The notes under the pieces are model-generated. The model searched no databases. It was not told the origin of the DNA and saw only the letters and a list, made by a program, of their open reading frames with translations. Shown here piece after piece: positions 14,203-27,909 of a DNA stretch of 64,000 nt. The stretch comes from Octopus sinensis (taxonomy: Eukaryota), in contig NC_043009.1 in NCBI RefSeq assembly GCF_006345805.1, forward strand, positions 4,960,001 to 5,024,000, in the 5' to 3' direction. Both the position numbers and the translations under genes were made by a program. Positions within the stretch are counted from its first letter, which is position 1, and each line of letters starts with the position of its first letter.

Positions 14203-14599
14203 TAGGCATACACACTCGCGCACGTACGCAAGCTCGTACAAATCTCTCCAGCACCACACGTACACATGCTTTCGCTTACCGTATTTCAAACACAGTTATT
14301 CAGGTTAACTACGAAATAATGACATAAAACTAATATTATTTATTTATTTATCTGCTTCAATTTTTTTTCCTCTCATCCCTTTCTGCCGCCGTTCCTACTT
14401 CATTTTTATGGAATGTTATCTAACTAGGGTGCGTCTTCAGCAAACCAAAGGAGAATAACTGTTCATTAGTTGAGTCAATCTAGCGTGACCACCACATACT
14501 AATAGTGAGATGAGAGAAGAAAAAGAAACTAATGTAAATATAACAGGGGCGGGGCGCAGTTCTAAGGATGTGAGCCACAATCTACTGATAAGACAAAAT

Positions 14600-14666
14600 A
14601 AAACATTTGTAATAATAATACTAATAATAATGATAGTAATAGTAGTATTAGTAGTAGTAGTAGCCG

Positions 14667-14720
<54 letters not shown>

Positions 14721-14746
14721 TAACAATAATAATAATAATAATAATT

Positions 14747-14791
<45 letters not shown>

Positions 14792-14945
14792 CCAATAATA
14801 ATAATACTACTACTAATATTAATAATATTAATGATATTAAGAATAATATAATAATAATAATAATAATGATATCAATACTACTACTAATAATAATAATAAT
14901 ACTACTACTACTACACTACTACTACTACTACTACTAATAATAATA

Positions 14946-14978
<33 letters not shown>

Positions 14979-15033
14979 TATCAATACTACTACTACTACT
15001 AATAATAATAATATTAATGATATTAAGAATAAA

Positions 15034-15071
<38 letters not shown>

Positions 15072-15135
15072 TAATAATAATAATAATAATAATGTTGATG
15101 ATGATGATGATGATGATGATGATAAAAATAGCAAC
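14600..15135. repeat. Compound (AAT)n/(ACT)n/(GAT)n microsatellite
   Basis: Direct reading of the sequence. Confidence 0.95.
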
Positions 15136-15640
15136 AAGATAACGATAAAGAAATGGAGGGTATAAGAAAGATACAACAAAAAAAACAAAAAAATATTACA
15201 AACTGAAAAGATAATTAATAATAAAAATAATGAAATATATTCTCCACAAGGAATAAACAAAGCACAATAAAACATAAAGTTACACGGGTGAAGACAAATA
15301 TTTCGGGGCGTTCATATATAAATAAACTGAAAGCAGCAAAGCAGGTTTAAGTACACGTATACGAGAATATGTGGTCACGTGGGATCGTGATTTAATATGC
15401 GCAGGGATTACGTTTTTGGAGTAAAACATGTTTATGTTAATTATAGTCTAGAACATGACCACAGGACGTGCAAGGTGCGCTGTATGCATACACCCACATA
15501 CATACGAGCATACGTATGTACATACATACATATAGACATGCATACAGACAAACAGACGGAAAGACATACATACATACATAAATACACACACACTCACGCA
15601 TACATACAAACATATACATACATGCACATATACATATATT

Positions 15641-16045
15641 CCTTGACTTGTTTCAGTCATTTGAACGCGGCCATGCTACAGCACCGCCTTAACGGATTTT
15701 TCGTCGAAGAAATCGAACGCAGGTCTTGTTCTTTGTTAGCATAGTACCTACTCTATCGGTTTCTTTTGATGAAATGTGAAGTTATGGGGACGTAGACACA
15801 TCAGCACCGGCTCTCAAGCGGTGACACAGGCACAAGCACAGACACAAACGAAGACGCACATAGAAACATACATATATACGACGGGATTCTTTCAGTTTCC
15901 GTCAACCAAATCCTTTCACAAGGCTTTGGTCGACTCGAGGTTATAGTAGGAGAAACTTGCCCAAGGTGCCATGTAGTGGGACTGAACCCGGAACCATGTG
16001 GTTGGGAAGTAAGCTTCTCACCACATAGCCACACCTACGCCTATA
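15641..16045 (-). mobile_element. SINE family A, full length
   Basis: Reverse complement shows the taggcgtaggtgtggctatgtgg head, gggttcagtccc B-box and the family tail. Confidence 0.9.
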
Positions 16046-16108
16046 TAAATCATAAGAGTGGCTTGTTCGGAATTTTACGACCCAAAAGCTTTAAAATAAG
16101 CATCGACA

Positions 16109-16184
16109 GCTAGCAAGCTAAGCAACACCAGACTGATGAAGAGCAATGATTCTGAAACTAGTCTCTGGTTGCTGGCTTTGCTAG
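16109..16184 (+). ncRNA. Canonical minimal type I hammerhead ribozyme
   Basis: Stem I accaga/ucuggu, extended by a further imperfect helix (ctagcaagctaagcaac / gttgctggctttgctag); CUGAUGA 16133-39; stem II AGAG/UUCU; GAAA 16154-57; palindromic stem III ACUAGU; GUC cleavage triplet ending at 16163. Confidence 0.75.
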
Positions 16185-16488
16185 GTGGAAGTGCCTATCT
16201 CTCCTGTTCGAAAACTTAAGGACACGGACTGTTGTCACATAGCCAACCGGAAATCATATTTCCTGGGGCTAAATAGCAGTAGCATTCTTGTCTTTCTTGG
16301 GACTGCCACATGAAGTTGGCAACAATCCATCACTTTTTCGTGCTACTATTGTATAAGTCTCTCTGGGAGCTTTAGAAATGCAATATATTATATGTATGTA
16401 TGTACGTATGTATTTATGTATGTGTGTACGTACGTATGTATGTATGTATGTATGCATGTATATGTGTATGTATGTATGCATGTATGTA

Positions 16489-16550
<62 letters not shown>

Positions 16551-16912
16551 AAATACGAAAACATGGAATACGAAATTTCTTTACGAACAACGAAAGAAAC
16601 AAATGGAAAACAAGAAAAGCATAAAGAACAACCCTTCATCAGTTGTCGTCTGTCTATCTACTCCACATTTCGAGCAAGATGTCTTCGAGAAAAATTTGCT
16701 CCCACAAAGCAAAATAAAATTTGGGATTTGCGGAGGGTCAAAATTGGTAATAAATACAGCTTTGACAGGAAAATATATAGGAGAGGAGACAGACGTGTGA
16801 TCTGTGTGGCAGATCAAAAGGAAAGAAAGAAGTCAGAATCTTTTCTTCGTGGCCTGTCGACCGCCAACACTACTTATGTTCAGTTCTATATTTAAGAGAT
16901 GAGGAATTATGA

Positions 16913-17150
16913 ACATTATTTACATTCGACGGATATTTGTCCTCATCGTGTTTGTTGTTAATACAACGTTTCGGCTGATATACACTCCTGCCTCCTTCAG
17001 GTGTCTTGGGGAAATTTCGAACCTCGGAATGAGAACCCAGGTTCGAAATTTCCCCAAGGCACCTGATAAAGCCTGGAGGGTATATCAGCCGAAACGTTGT
17101 GTTAACAAGAAACATGATGAGGACAAATATTCGTCGAATGTAAATAATGT
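16913..17150. mobile_element. Penelope-like inverted repeat (family P4), 112-bp arms and 14-nt loop, with a degenerate HHR in each arm
   Basis: Arms 16913-17024 / 17039-17150; the ORF track shows near-identical peptides on both strands. Plus arm reads ggcac-CUGAUAA-a-gccug...cagcc-GAAACGUU-guguu. Confidence 0.75.
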
Positions 17151-18476
17151 AAATAATGTACCACTTATGTTCATCTCCTATGTTCCTGCCTTTAAGCTTT
17201 CACTTCATACACGCCAGTTTAAGTTAATTCGTTCTCAGTCGAAAGACACCTGTTGTTATTTTCTTGTTGTTCGTGTTTGTAATTGTGTACCATGATCTCC
17301 GTTTTTTGTCTTAGTTGTCGTATACATTGGCTAGCTTTCTTACAGAAAAATCTAATCCTCTTAGCTTAGACATTTTTGGGGCAACCAAATAGAACTCTCT
17401 CAAGTGTAACTGCTCGAAACAGTAAGGATTTCTGGTAACTTGATTGAGGAAAGAATGCCACGAATGAGCCGTATTTTTTTGCCTGTCCTTCTAATTGTTG
17501 TTTCTCTTGTTCGCATTTGTATGGCCTATCTGTCCGAATGTTTTATTGTCCTGTATTGCGTTCTTGTTCCATTATATATATATATACATATACTAGAGAT
17601 AGATAGATATAGATATAGATATTCACATCCACAGACATTCACATATACATACTTATATATATATTACACACACGTGCGCTCACAGACACACACACTCACC
17701 CCCCATCTATATATACACATATATATTTATACCGCCATCGCCTGCACGATAACTTGAGAGAGATTATCTAATGGGCAACGTTTAATGGACTAAGGTAGGA
17801 AATTTTCACTTCATTCAGCCATAGCCATGTTTTTCAAACCCCACTTGGATGAAGAGGAAAGTTAAGTTGGCCTTCTGTAAATTGCAATTCGTTGGATTTG
17901 CTAGCAGGCGGATACAAGTGACGAAAAGGAAATGATATATAGGTCTCTGCCCTTAAATCCCCTAGACTCCGAGGACAGCTTTCGGAAGCATTTGCTCATA
18001 ATATTCAGGGTTACCCTATACAAGAGGAGTCATTATTTTGTCGTAGGTTTGTCTCCCAGTACAGAGTCATACCATGCCATTACACATGATTTCCATACGC
18101 ATCTCTTAGAATCGATTCTACATAACAATCACCGTTGATGATTGATTTAGGAAGTTTGGTATTTCAAAATAATGTAAAAAAATCTTAATGAGAGAATGAA
18201 TAATGTTGTGATAACATTCATAAAACGTAGAATCAATCGCAATTTCAATAGAACACATGAACATTTAAATATAAACTCATATACTCATACACACATTCAG
18301 ACACGCACACATTTATGTATTTACAAATGCAATCATATATGTATGTATGTATGTATATATGTATGTATGTATGTGTGTATGTATGTATGTATGTATGTAT
18401 GTATGTATGTATGTATGTATGTATGTATTTGTGAGTATGTATGTAAGTATGTAAATAAGTTTGTATGTTTGTATGC

Positions 18477-18511
<35 letters not shown>

Positions 18512-19609
18512 CACACTTACATATATATAAGCACATACATATTCAGATATTTACACACATATGTAAATTATGTATGTATGTATGTATAAATATATATATA
18601 TAGAGAGAGACATACATACATACACACAGACACACACACAAACATACATATATATATGAACACATACGCATACATATTTCAACATCAGCCCCTAAATATC
18701 ATCATTCAGCCCTCCCAAATTACATGATACCATCAAACGACTTGCTGCTGATATCTGGTGTTATTAATAACATATTAAGATCTCTAACGACTAGTCAGAT
18801 GACGCTGATAACTTTTTATGGTTTTCCTTTATTGTATTAATAATAGTTTAGTTATGTTTTACTGTGCGTGTCCATCTTTTTTTATTCTTTTTTGTGTTTC
18901 TGATAGGACTGTTTATTAATAATTGTGTGTTTATTTTTTTGTTGTTATTTTACATATTTTTCTTAACTTCTATTATTTATTTTAATTTTTTTTATTCGTG
19001 TTTGTCTTCCTGTTTTCAGTAGTCGCTTATTTTCGTTTGTTTAACTCTAATAATTTTCCTACTGGGAGTTGATGTTGTAATTATATTTTGCATCTTTGTT
19101 GTGTTTTAAATTGTAATATTGGTTTCTAAGTTTAGCGTAGATTCATTATCGTAGGATAATTAGGATGTAGACAATATAATAGACCCACCTTGACCACTGC
19201 TGCTTATTTAATCTACAATTTTTTTTCTGGCGTAGGACGAGCAAATATAAACGCAAGTGAAATTTGAAGTCAGAATGTTAGAAAAAAACCATATACATCG
19301 TATTTACTCATGCACAAAGCAAGTAATTTAATACAAACCGCCCGAATCATATAAACAGCGAATCATTATTACGGCCTGTGTGAAAAAATTGACAGTAAAA
19401 TATGATGGAGGGGGCTCGTTATGTTGTAGGAAATTACATTGTTATTATAATAAATTATGCTAATGAGATGAATGAGGCTGCGAGCGGTGAGAGTTGCTAG
19501 CGCTTTGGGCAATATGGTTAGAGGCATTTCTGCAACACCTTTAGCTTCTGGATTCAAATCCATCCGCGGGCAGCTTTGCTTCATAATTTTGCTTTTTCTT
19601 TGTCGTTTA

Positions 19610-19698
<89 letters not shown>

Positions 19699-19845
19699 TA
19701 TGTATGTATATATAAAAAATACAGAAATAGAACAAGAACGCAAAGCATGCGGACAGCTAGGTGATGCAAAAAGGGACACCAAATCATCCAGATAGACGAT
19801 ACAAAGAAAACACGAACGGGTCATATATACATATCTATATATATG

Positions 19846-19912
<67 letters not shown>

Positions 19913-20099
19913 TATACATGTTTGTCATATTTCCCGATGTCTTCTTATTTAATCCTAAAACAGAATATATACATATACATATATATATATATATATATAT
20001 AAACACGCCAAAGTGAAGGCATTTGAAAGATACACATAAATATAATTTGTTGAACTCTATGCATGCGGGACTCCGGTCAAATGTTATGTATCTAGTTCT

Positions 20100-20461
20100 G
20101 CAAATTATGTTTGTATGCGACACACTATGCTGATGAGCTTGCAGATTTTCGCGTATGCATATACGTGAATATTAACAAGCGAATCTGATCGGTACATAGG
20201 TAATCGTATTTATTTCGTATATTTTCATTTGTCTTGCTTATTTTTTACACTTTGGTTTTGTGCTGAGTTTTTTCTTGAGAACACATTCTTCGTGGAAAAT
20301 AGCAATTTTGACGTCTATATCTAGCATATTGACAGTCCACTTTTAGTGGTCAGTCCTTTAAATTTTGTATGTAAAGAATATTTTAATCTTCGGATTTTTT
20401 TAATATGCTGGGCCACTGTTTGTAATTGATTAATATCAATTTCTACCCTTAATCAATTTTA

Positions 20462-20470
<9 letters not shown>
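20100..20470 (+). mobile_element. Family P1 copy with a complete type I HHR fold (A15.1 mutated)
   Basis: cuaug-CUGAUGA-gcuug...caagc-GAAU-cugaucg-GUA-cauag at 20125-20199. Downstream sequence matches 7945-8215. Confidence 0.7.
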
Positions 20471-20497
<27 letters not shown>

Positions 20498-20586
20498 CAT
20501 ATTGTTGTATTTAGGAATGGTCAATAAAAACACACGCACTATATATTGAGTGTTACTTTGCTTCAGCAGTATTTATTTTTTACATT

Positions 20587-21012
20587 AATCTTAATGTTAT
20601 TTCGACCAGAGTTCTTTCGTCACACTCCTGTGACCGCGTCAGTGGTCCTTTGCTTTCTTCTTTCTTATTTGAGTGTCTCTCCTTACTAACCGTCAGCCAT
20701 TTTGTATTTCTATTGTATGTGTCTTCATCGATCGACGTGGATTTTGCGGTGGAGACGTGCATGGAGATGATCAACGAGAGCGAGGTGTAGTGCCTCATTG
20801 TCAACACAGAGGACCTGGGCTCCTACTTAGACTGACATATGACAACGAATACCTCGATAAGCATGATCTTAGTAGTTTCTGCCCCAGTAGACGTTTAAGA
20901 GGTAGACCACCCACAATTACTTCTATGGCTAGGATGACCCATATAGCAAAGGATCACTGATGCGGTCACAGGAGTGTGACGAAATAACTCTGGCCGAAAT
21001 AAGATTAAGATT
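20587..21012. mobile_element. Inverted-repeat element (family P5), about 67-bp arms, HHR-like motif in each arm
   Basis: Arms 20587-20653 / 20945-21012. Minus strand 20647-20604 reads GACCA-CUGACGC-G-GUCAC-aggagu-GUGAC-GAAA-G-aa-C-U-C-UGGUC. Confidence 0.65.
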
Positions 21013-21027
21013 ATATATATGTAGACA

Positions 21028-21871
<844 letters not shown>

Positions 21872-23200
21872 TCATATATATATATTGTTTTGTTAAGCAG
21901 CGTCGATTTTACAATTCTGTAATAATAATATGAATGTACGTATGTAAGTATATATATAAAGTATTTATGTATATTTATATGCGTCACTTTCTCTGAGTAT
22001 GCATACATGTACATCTTGATTATTTGCCAACATTGATATCACATGTCTCATTAGTTATGTTTGAAGTAATGGATGAAATTCACTGAATCCCATTTCCTCT
22101 TCAATCCAACTTCTAAACAGTAATTTGAAACAACCCTTTTAGTATTACAGACATTACTACTTGCCGCTTCCAGCCACTTTCAATGAGCTAAAATTCGTTC
22201 ATTGTGAGCCAGTAATAAAACGCTCAGTAGTATGCTGAGGTAGAATTCTTCGACTTCTCCCAACCACATCATGTATTATCCCTGTTTATGTTTAATATAA
22301 TTATATTAGATATATAATGGTGACCGGGTAGATTTAAATGAGATTAATATTATAGAAAAGTCAAATGGGGTGACTGGTTAGAATATCAAATATTAAGTGT
22401 GAGAGTAAAAGAGTGAAGAACTGGAAGACTGCCTAATTGATACTAATTAGTACACCAATTAAGGTTCTGGCTAAGACGGAAGCAAAAGATGCCAGAACGC
22501 ATATTTTATCGTTTCTAATTGACTACATGATGACGAAATTTTGATTAAGTCATTATTTGTATGTCTATTAGAAAGAGATCTTAGGGGACGATGTATCGCT
22601 TTACTATACATGTTTAGTTATGGCTGAGCAACGAATACTTAAATTCGATCAAAAGAAAGAAACATTCCAATATGTCGGTCACTTTAAATATTTGCACATT
22701 CTGTTATGATTGTGTGGCTTTGAGCTGAAAGTAAATATTATTTTGAATTATCTCAACGCTGTGTCGTGAAATGTTCACAACCCTCAACGAGTCGGGCTAT
22801 GCTGTCGGCGGAAATTCCACCGTAGCATTCTATAGCGGGCAAAATCGACAACGCTTACGGTGAAACTGTGGACGTCAGCAAAACGTACTTGCTGGTCTAT
22901 TGTGGAAGATATTAGGCCCCGTTACTTATAGATAATCATCAGAAAATTTCTAGATGCGTAGTGGCACTAATGGGTGGGGAAGCGATTATCATTTCGATAT
23001 AAACTCTACGGGTACGGAAATGCAGTGACCCGGGCTTGTCCGAGAATTGCAAAGAGAAATGGTAGTGTTCTGTGTGCAATAGTTATCTCGTGCAATAGTT
23101 ATCTGCGTGCAATAGTTATACAGTATCTGTAGTTATATTTGACACGGATGTAGCTTTCTGCCATGGTCTTTGCAAAGATAGCCCCCACTGTATTATTTGT

Positions 23201-23500
23201 GGTGGTACATGGCCTAGTGGTTAGAGCAGCAGACTCGCGGTCGAGATATCGCGAGTTCGAATCTCAGACCGGGCGATGTGTGTGTTTATGAGCAAAACAC
23301 CTAAGCTCCAGGCGGCTCCGGCAGAAGGTAATGGCGAACTTCTGCTGGCTCTTTCGCCACAACTTTCTCTCACTCTTTCCTCCTGCATCTTCCAGCTCAA
23401 CTGCGACGGACCGGCGTCCCGTCCAGGTGGGGAAACTATACGCGAAGGAAACCGGGAAACCGGCCCTCATGAGCCAGGCATGGCTCGAGAAGTAGGAACT
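23201..23500 (+). mobile_element. tRNA-derived SINE family C, full length
   Basis: A-box tggcctagtggttag, B-box gagttcgaatctc, central block gacggaccggcgtcccgtccagg...gaaaccgggaaaccggcc. Confidence 0.85.
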
Positions 23501-24007
23501 GGATTCTTTGAACTGGCAGAATCTATGTATCTAGTAGCCACAGTAAAAGAAGAGTAGTGTTGGACAAGTTGGAACAACTGAAGACAGACAGTTTACACTT
23601 TGACCTAGACCGGCATCAGCTTTTTTCAAGTCTAACTGGTTAAAGAAACTGAGGCAGATTTTGCCGTCTTACAAATATATAGTCGTGATTAGCAATAATT
23701 ATTTGAGTGAACGCCTCTGATCTGAGCATGCTCGTATTGCACTGGAAGATAATGACTTAGAGAGGAGGTTAGTCTCATTGCTAAATTGGACAGTGATTTT
23801 GCAGGGTTTCCAAGTGCAGACATCGGTGGTTTGCAATTATTGAGAACTTCACTAGTTAAAACTTTATTGTGGGAATCTTTCTATCTGTTTACGTTAAATT
23901 TACATGTAAACATTTGCTCTTCTCTGTAACTTTGTCCTTCTGATGTCATCGTTTATTTATTGTATCGCTTATATATTTATGATTTATTTATTAGCCCTTT
24001 AAATTTT

Positions 24008-24208
24008 GTCACGGCGCCAGCAATTTCGTGGGGTGGTATAGGTTGCTTACGTTGACTCCAGTGGTCAACTAGTACATATTTTATCTATCCTGAAGGGATG
24101 ATGTGCAAAATAAACCTCGACGGAATTTTAACTCAAAACAGCAAAAAGGACGAAATATTGGCAATCATTTCTCCCGGCCTGCTAACGATTCTGCCACCAC
24201 ACCGCGGT
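24008..24208 (-). mobile_element. SINE family B, diverged
   Basis: Reverse complement matches 27439-27680. Confidence 0.75.
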
Positions 24209-24258
<50 letters not shown>

Positions 24259-24282
24259 TACCATCATCATCATCATCAATAC

Positions 24283-24351
<69 letters not shown>

Positions 24352-24437
24352 TATTGTTATTATTATTATTATTATTATCATCATCATCATTATTATCATC
24401 ATCATTATTATTATTACCATTATTATTATTATCAATA

Positions 24438-24491
<54 letters not shown>

Positions 24492-24493
24492 TC

Positions 24494-24543
<50 letters not shown>

Positions 24544-24660
24544 CATTATTATTATTATCATTATTATTATTATTATTATAGTAAGAATAATGATGATAAT
24601 GATGATGATAACAATAATAATAACAGCAACAACAATAACGATTATGATGATGATGATATT
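24209..24660. repeat. (CAT)n grading into (TAT)n microsatellite
   Basis: Direct reading; it produces the poly-I, poly-H and poly-M pseudo-ORFs. Confidence 0.95.
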
Positions 24661-25152
24661 CTCGTTCTTGCGATTATTAGTATTATTTCTATGGTTATTA
24701 GCACTAGAATTATTATAGCTATTATACTTACTATCATTAGTATTTGAGACAGTATTAAAAGTATATAAGAATGGGAAGCGCTAGGAAACAAAAAAGAGAA
24801 AGTAGAAGGAGGATAATCACAATGATATAATGACAATGAGGAGAATCAATATCATAATCGTGCACGGCTGGGTTACATAGAAAACAGGCCAAATGCAAAG
24901 GAAACTGCGATGCAGCCATTGCAACATATCTCTGCTATATATATATCTCGCTTCATATATATATATATATATATATGTATGTATCTATGTGTGTATGTGT
25001 ATATTATATGTATACATGTAAAAGTATATAATGTTCGCAAAAAACATATATACATGCTCTTAAATATGTACATACATATACATAATATACATATATATAT
25101 ATATTTATATATCTAAATATAGACATACTTCTAAATATGCGAATACATATAG

Positions 25153-25214
<62 letters not shown>

Positions 25215-25259
25215 AGCATATATATTATACACACACATCTATATATATGTATATTTATG

Positions 25260-25301
<42 letters not shown>

Positions 25302-25358
25302 GCATACATATATATATATACTTTTATATATATATGTATGTATGTATGCATACTTATA

Positions 25359-25389
<31 letters not shown>

Positions 25390-26264
25390 AATGGGCATAT
25401 ACAAATACACACACACATATTTGTATATATACGTGTTTGAATATGTGGGTGTGTGTGTTTATCTGTTTGTTTTAATCCCAAGCGCAGTCTCCACTTCACA
25501 ATATACACCGACAATATTGCTAATAACCATCATCTTTACATCGGTAAGCACCGAAATGACCAAATCGCTCGCACCTCAAGGGATTGTAGAAAATCAAACA
25601 GCATTTATGTAAAATAAACACAAGAATATTTATCAATTAATCTATCTCTACAACTTTACATCACTCAACTTATCCGTGCATATATATATATATACATTAA
25701 TGTACAAACATACAAGCATATATCTACGCACACGGTCTGTGTAAGTATCTGCCGATTCTTGTATCGGTATGGCTGTGTCTGTGTAAATGTGCGTGATGTG
25801 TTCGCAAGAAGGCATCAAGGCATTACAGAATAGATAGAGACTCGTAGAGAAGAGAGAATAGTAGAGAAAATAATCAAGATGGTAAAATAATAACCATGTA
25901 CTTTTCCAAGTGAAATAAGTGCACCTGTTAAACCTTCTATTACTTGCTGAAATAACTGGAATGCACTGGAATACTCTTATTGTTCCAATATAATGTTAAT
26001 AATAAGTGCTTCTCGTTTATGCACGAGTCTGGAGGTTTGTAGGAACATGATATATTAGACCGAACTGACGCCATCATACGTCTGCTATTTATTTTATCGC
26101 ACCGGAGGTGTAGGGTCTTAAGCACCTACACACACACACACACACACATACACACACACACACACACGCATAAACACACACACACGTCCTATGCAGGAAT
26201 GTCTCGGGCTTTGGATCAATTTTTTTATGTTCTGCCGATTAATATTACTAATAATAATTTACTA

Positions 26265-26461
26265 AAGCCTGGAATTTTGTGGGATGTGCTAGTCGATTAA
26301 ATCGAGTTCAGTGTTCACCTGGTACTTACATTAGGGACCCTGAAAGGGTGGAAGGCGCGTCGTGCTCAACGGATTTTGAACTCGGAACGCCAAGACTGCT
26401 AAAAGCTTCAATGTCGCCAGATATTTCGCACGATGTGGTAACGATTCTCCCAGTTTCCCGC

Positions 26462-26465
<4 letters not shown>
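26265..26465 (-). mobile_element. SINE family B, diverged
   Basis: tcgattaaatcga...ctggtactta...tttgaactcggaacg, matching family B in reverse complement. Confidence 0.7.
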
Positions 26466-26500
<35 letters not shown>

Positions 26501-26550
26501 AATTATATATTTTTATGATTTTAGCACAAGTATATCTATATATCTGTATA

Positions 26551-26948
26551 GGCGTAGGAGTGGCTGTGTGGTAAGTTGCTTGCTTACCAACCACATGGTT
26601 CCGGGTTCAGTCCCGCTGCGTGACACCTTGGGCAAGTGTCTTCTACTATAGCGTCGGGCCGGTCAAAGCCTTCTGAGTGGATTTGGTAAACGGAAACTGA
26701 AAGAAGCTCGTCGTATATATGTATATATGTATGTGTGTGTATATGTTTGTGTGTCTGTCTTTGTCCCCCCAACATCGGTTGACAACCGATGCTATTGTGT
26801 TTACGTCCCCGTAAATTAGCGTTTCGGCAATAAGAGATGATAGAATAAGTACTAGGCTTACAAAGAATAAGTCCTGGGGTCGATTTGCTCGACTAAATGA
26901 CGGTGCTCCAGCACGGCCACAGTCAAATAGCTGAAACAAATAAAAGAG
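26551..26948 (+). mobile_element. SINE family A, reference full-length copy
   Basis: A-box tggctgtgtggtaag, B-box gggttcagtccc, ccttgggcaagtgtctt block, internal (TA/TG)n and CR1-like tail. Confidence 0.92.
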
Positions 26949-27009
26949 TAAATCAATCAATGTTAGGGAAGTGGTTTCGCCTATTATATCGATCCTGTGC
27001 TTATTCACC

Positions 27010-27350
27010 AGAAATGATGAAAAGTAAGTCAGAAGGTACAGATCGTACAGCCGGAAATAAATGTCACAACGACTTTTTCCGGCCTGCTAATGACACTGCC
27101 GGCTCACCGCCTTTATTAATAGTAATATTTATTTCTACTATAGCCATTAGGATTGAAATTCTGTGGAGAGGTTACTATCCGATTACATTGACCCTGTACT
27201 CTACAGGTATTTATTTCATTGAACGCGAAAGTATGAAAAGCGAAGTCAACTTCGTCAGGATTTGAACTCTGAACACAAAGGTAAACAAAATACTGATAAA
27301 TCTTCTGCCCAAACGTTTTTCTACTATTTAGCCAATGCGAAGTCTTAAGG
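27010..27350 (-). mobile_element. Two decayed SINE family B fragments
   Basis: ccggcctgctaatgacactgccggctcaccgcctt and gtatgaaaagcgaagtcaacttcgtcaggatttgaactctgaac. Confidence 0.6.
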
Positions 27351-27438
27351 CGATTCTTTAAGTCGCTCGCACTTCAACGTAGTTGATATGAAGTATTATG
27401 GTGTGACAAAAGTTTTGCAATAATTGCATAGCTACTAA

Positions 27439-27800
27439 GGCGGCGAGGTGGCAGAAACGTTAGCACGCCGGGTGAAATGCTTAGCAGTATTTCGTCTGTC
27501 TTTACGTTCTGAGTTCAAATTCCGCCAAAGTCGACTTTGCCTTTCATCCTTTCGGGGTCAATAAATTAAGTACCAGTTACGCACTGGGGTCGATGTGATC
27601 GACTCAATACCTTTGTCTGTCATTGTTTGTCCCCGCTATGTTTAACCCCTTGTGGGCAGTAAAGGAATAGATATTTCGTCTGTCATTACGTTTTAAGATA
27701 TAATTCCTCCGACTTTCGGAGTCGATAAATTAAGTAGCAGTTGCCCTCTTCATCAAAAATTTCGGGCCTTTTGCCTAGAGTAGAAAAGAATATTTGCATA
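27439..27800 (+). mobile_element. SINE family B, full length, plus a partial tandem copy
   Basis: A-box tggcagaaacgttag, B-box gagttcaaattcc (27511-23), body gtcgactttgcctttcatcctttcggggtc, tail gggcagtaaaggaata. Confidence 0.9.
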
Positions 27801-27909
27801 GGTACTAGTTTGAAGAGTGAATATCATGCGACCGAAGTAGTTAAAACCATGATAAGTACCCAACAAGATTGTTAGTATTGTGGTAGTTGGTGCGCCGACG
27901 GGTTGAGTG

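Noticed and set aside
23073-23125. Three tandem gtgcaatagttatct units, and the 34-bp direct repeat at 32963-33040
   Set aside because: No unique spacers and no associated genes; local slippage duplications, not CRISPR-like arrays.
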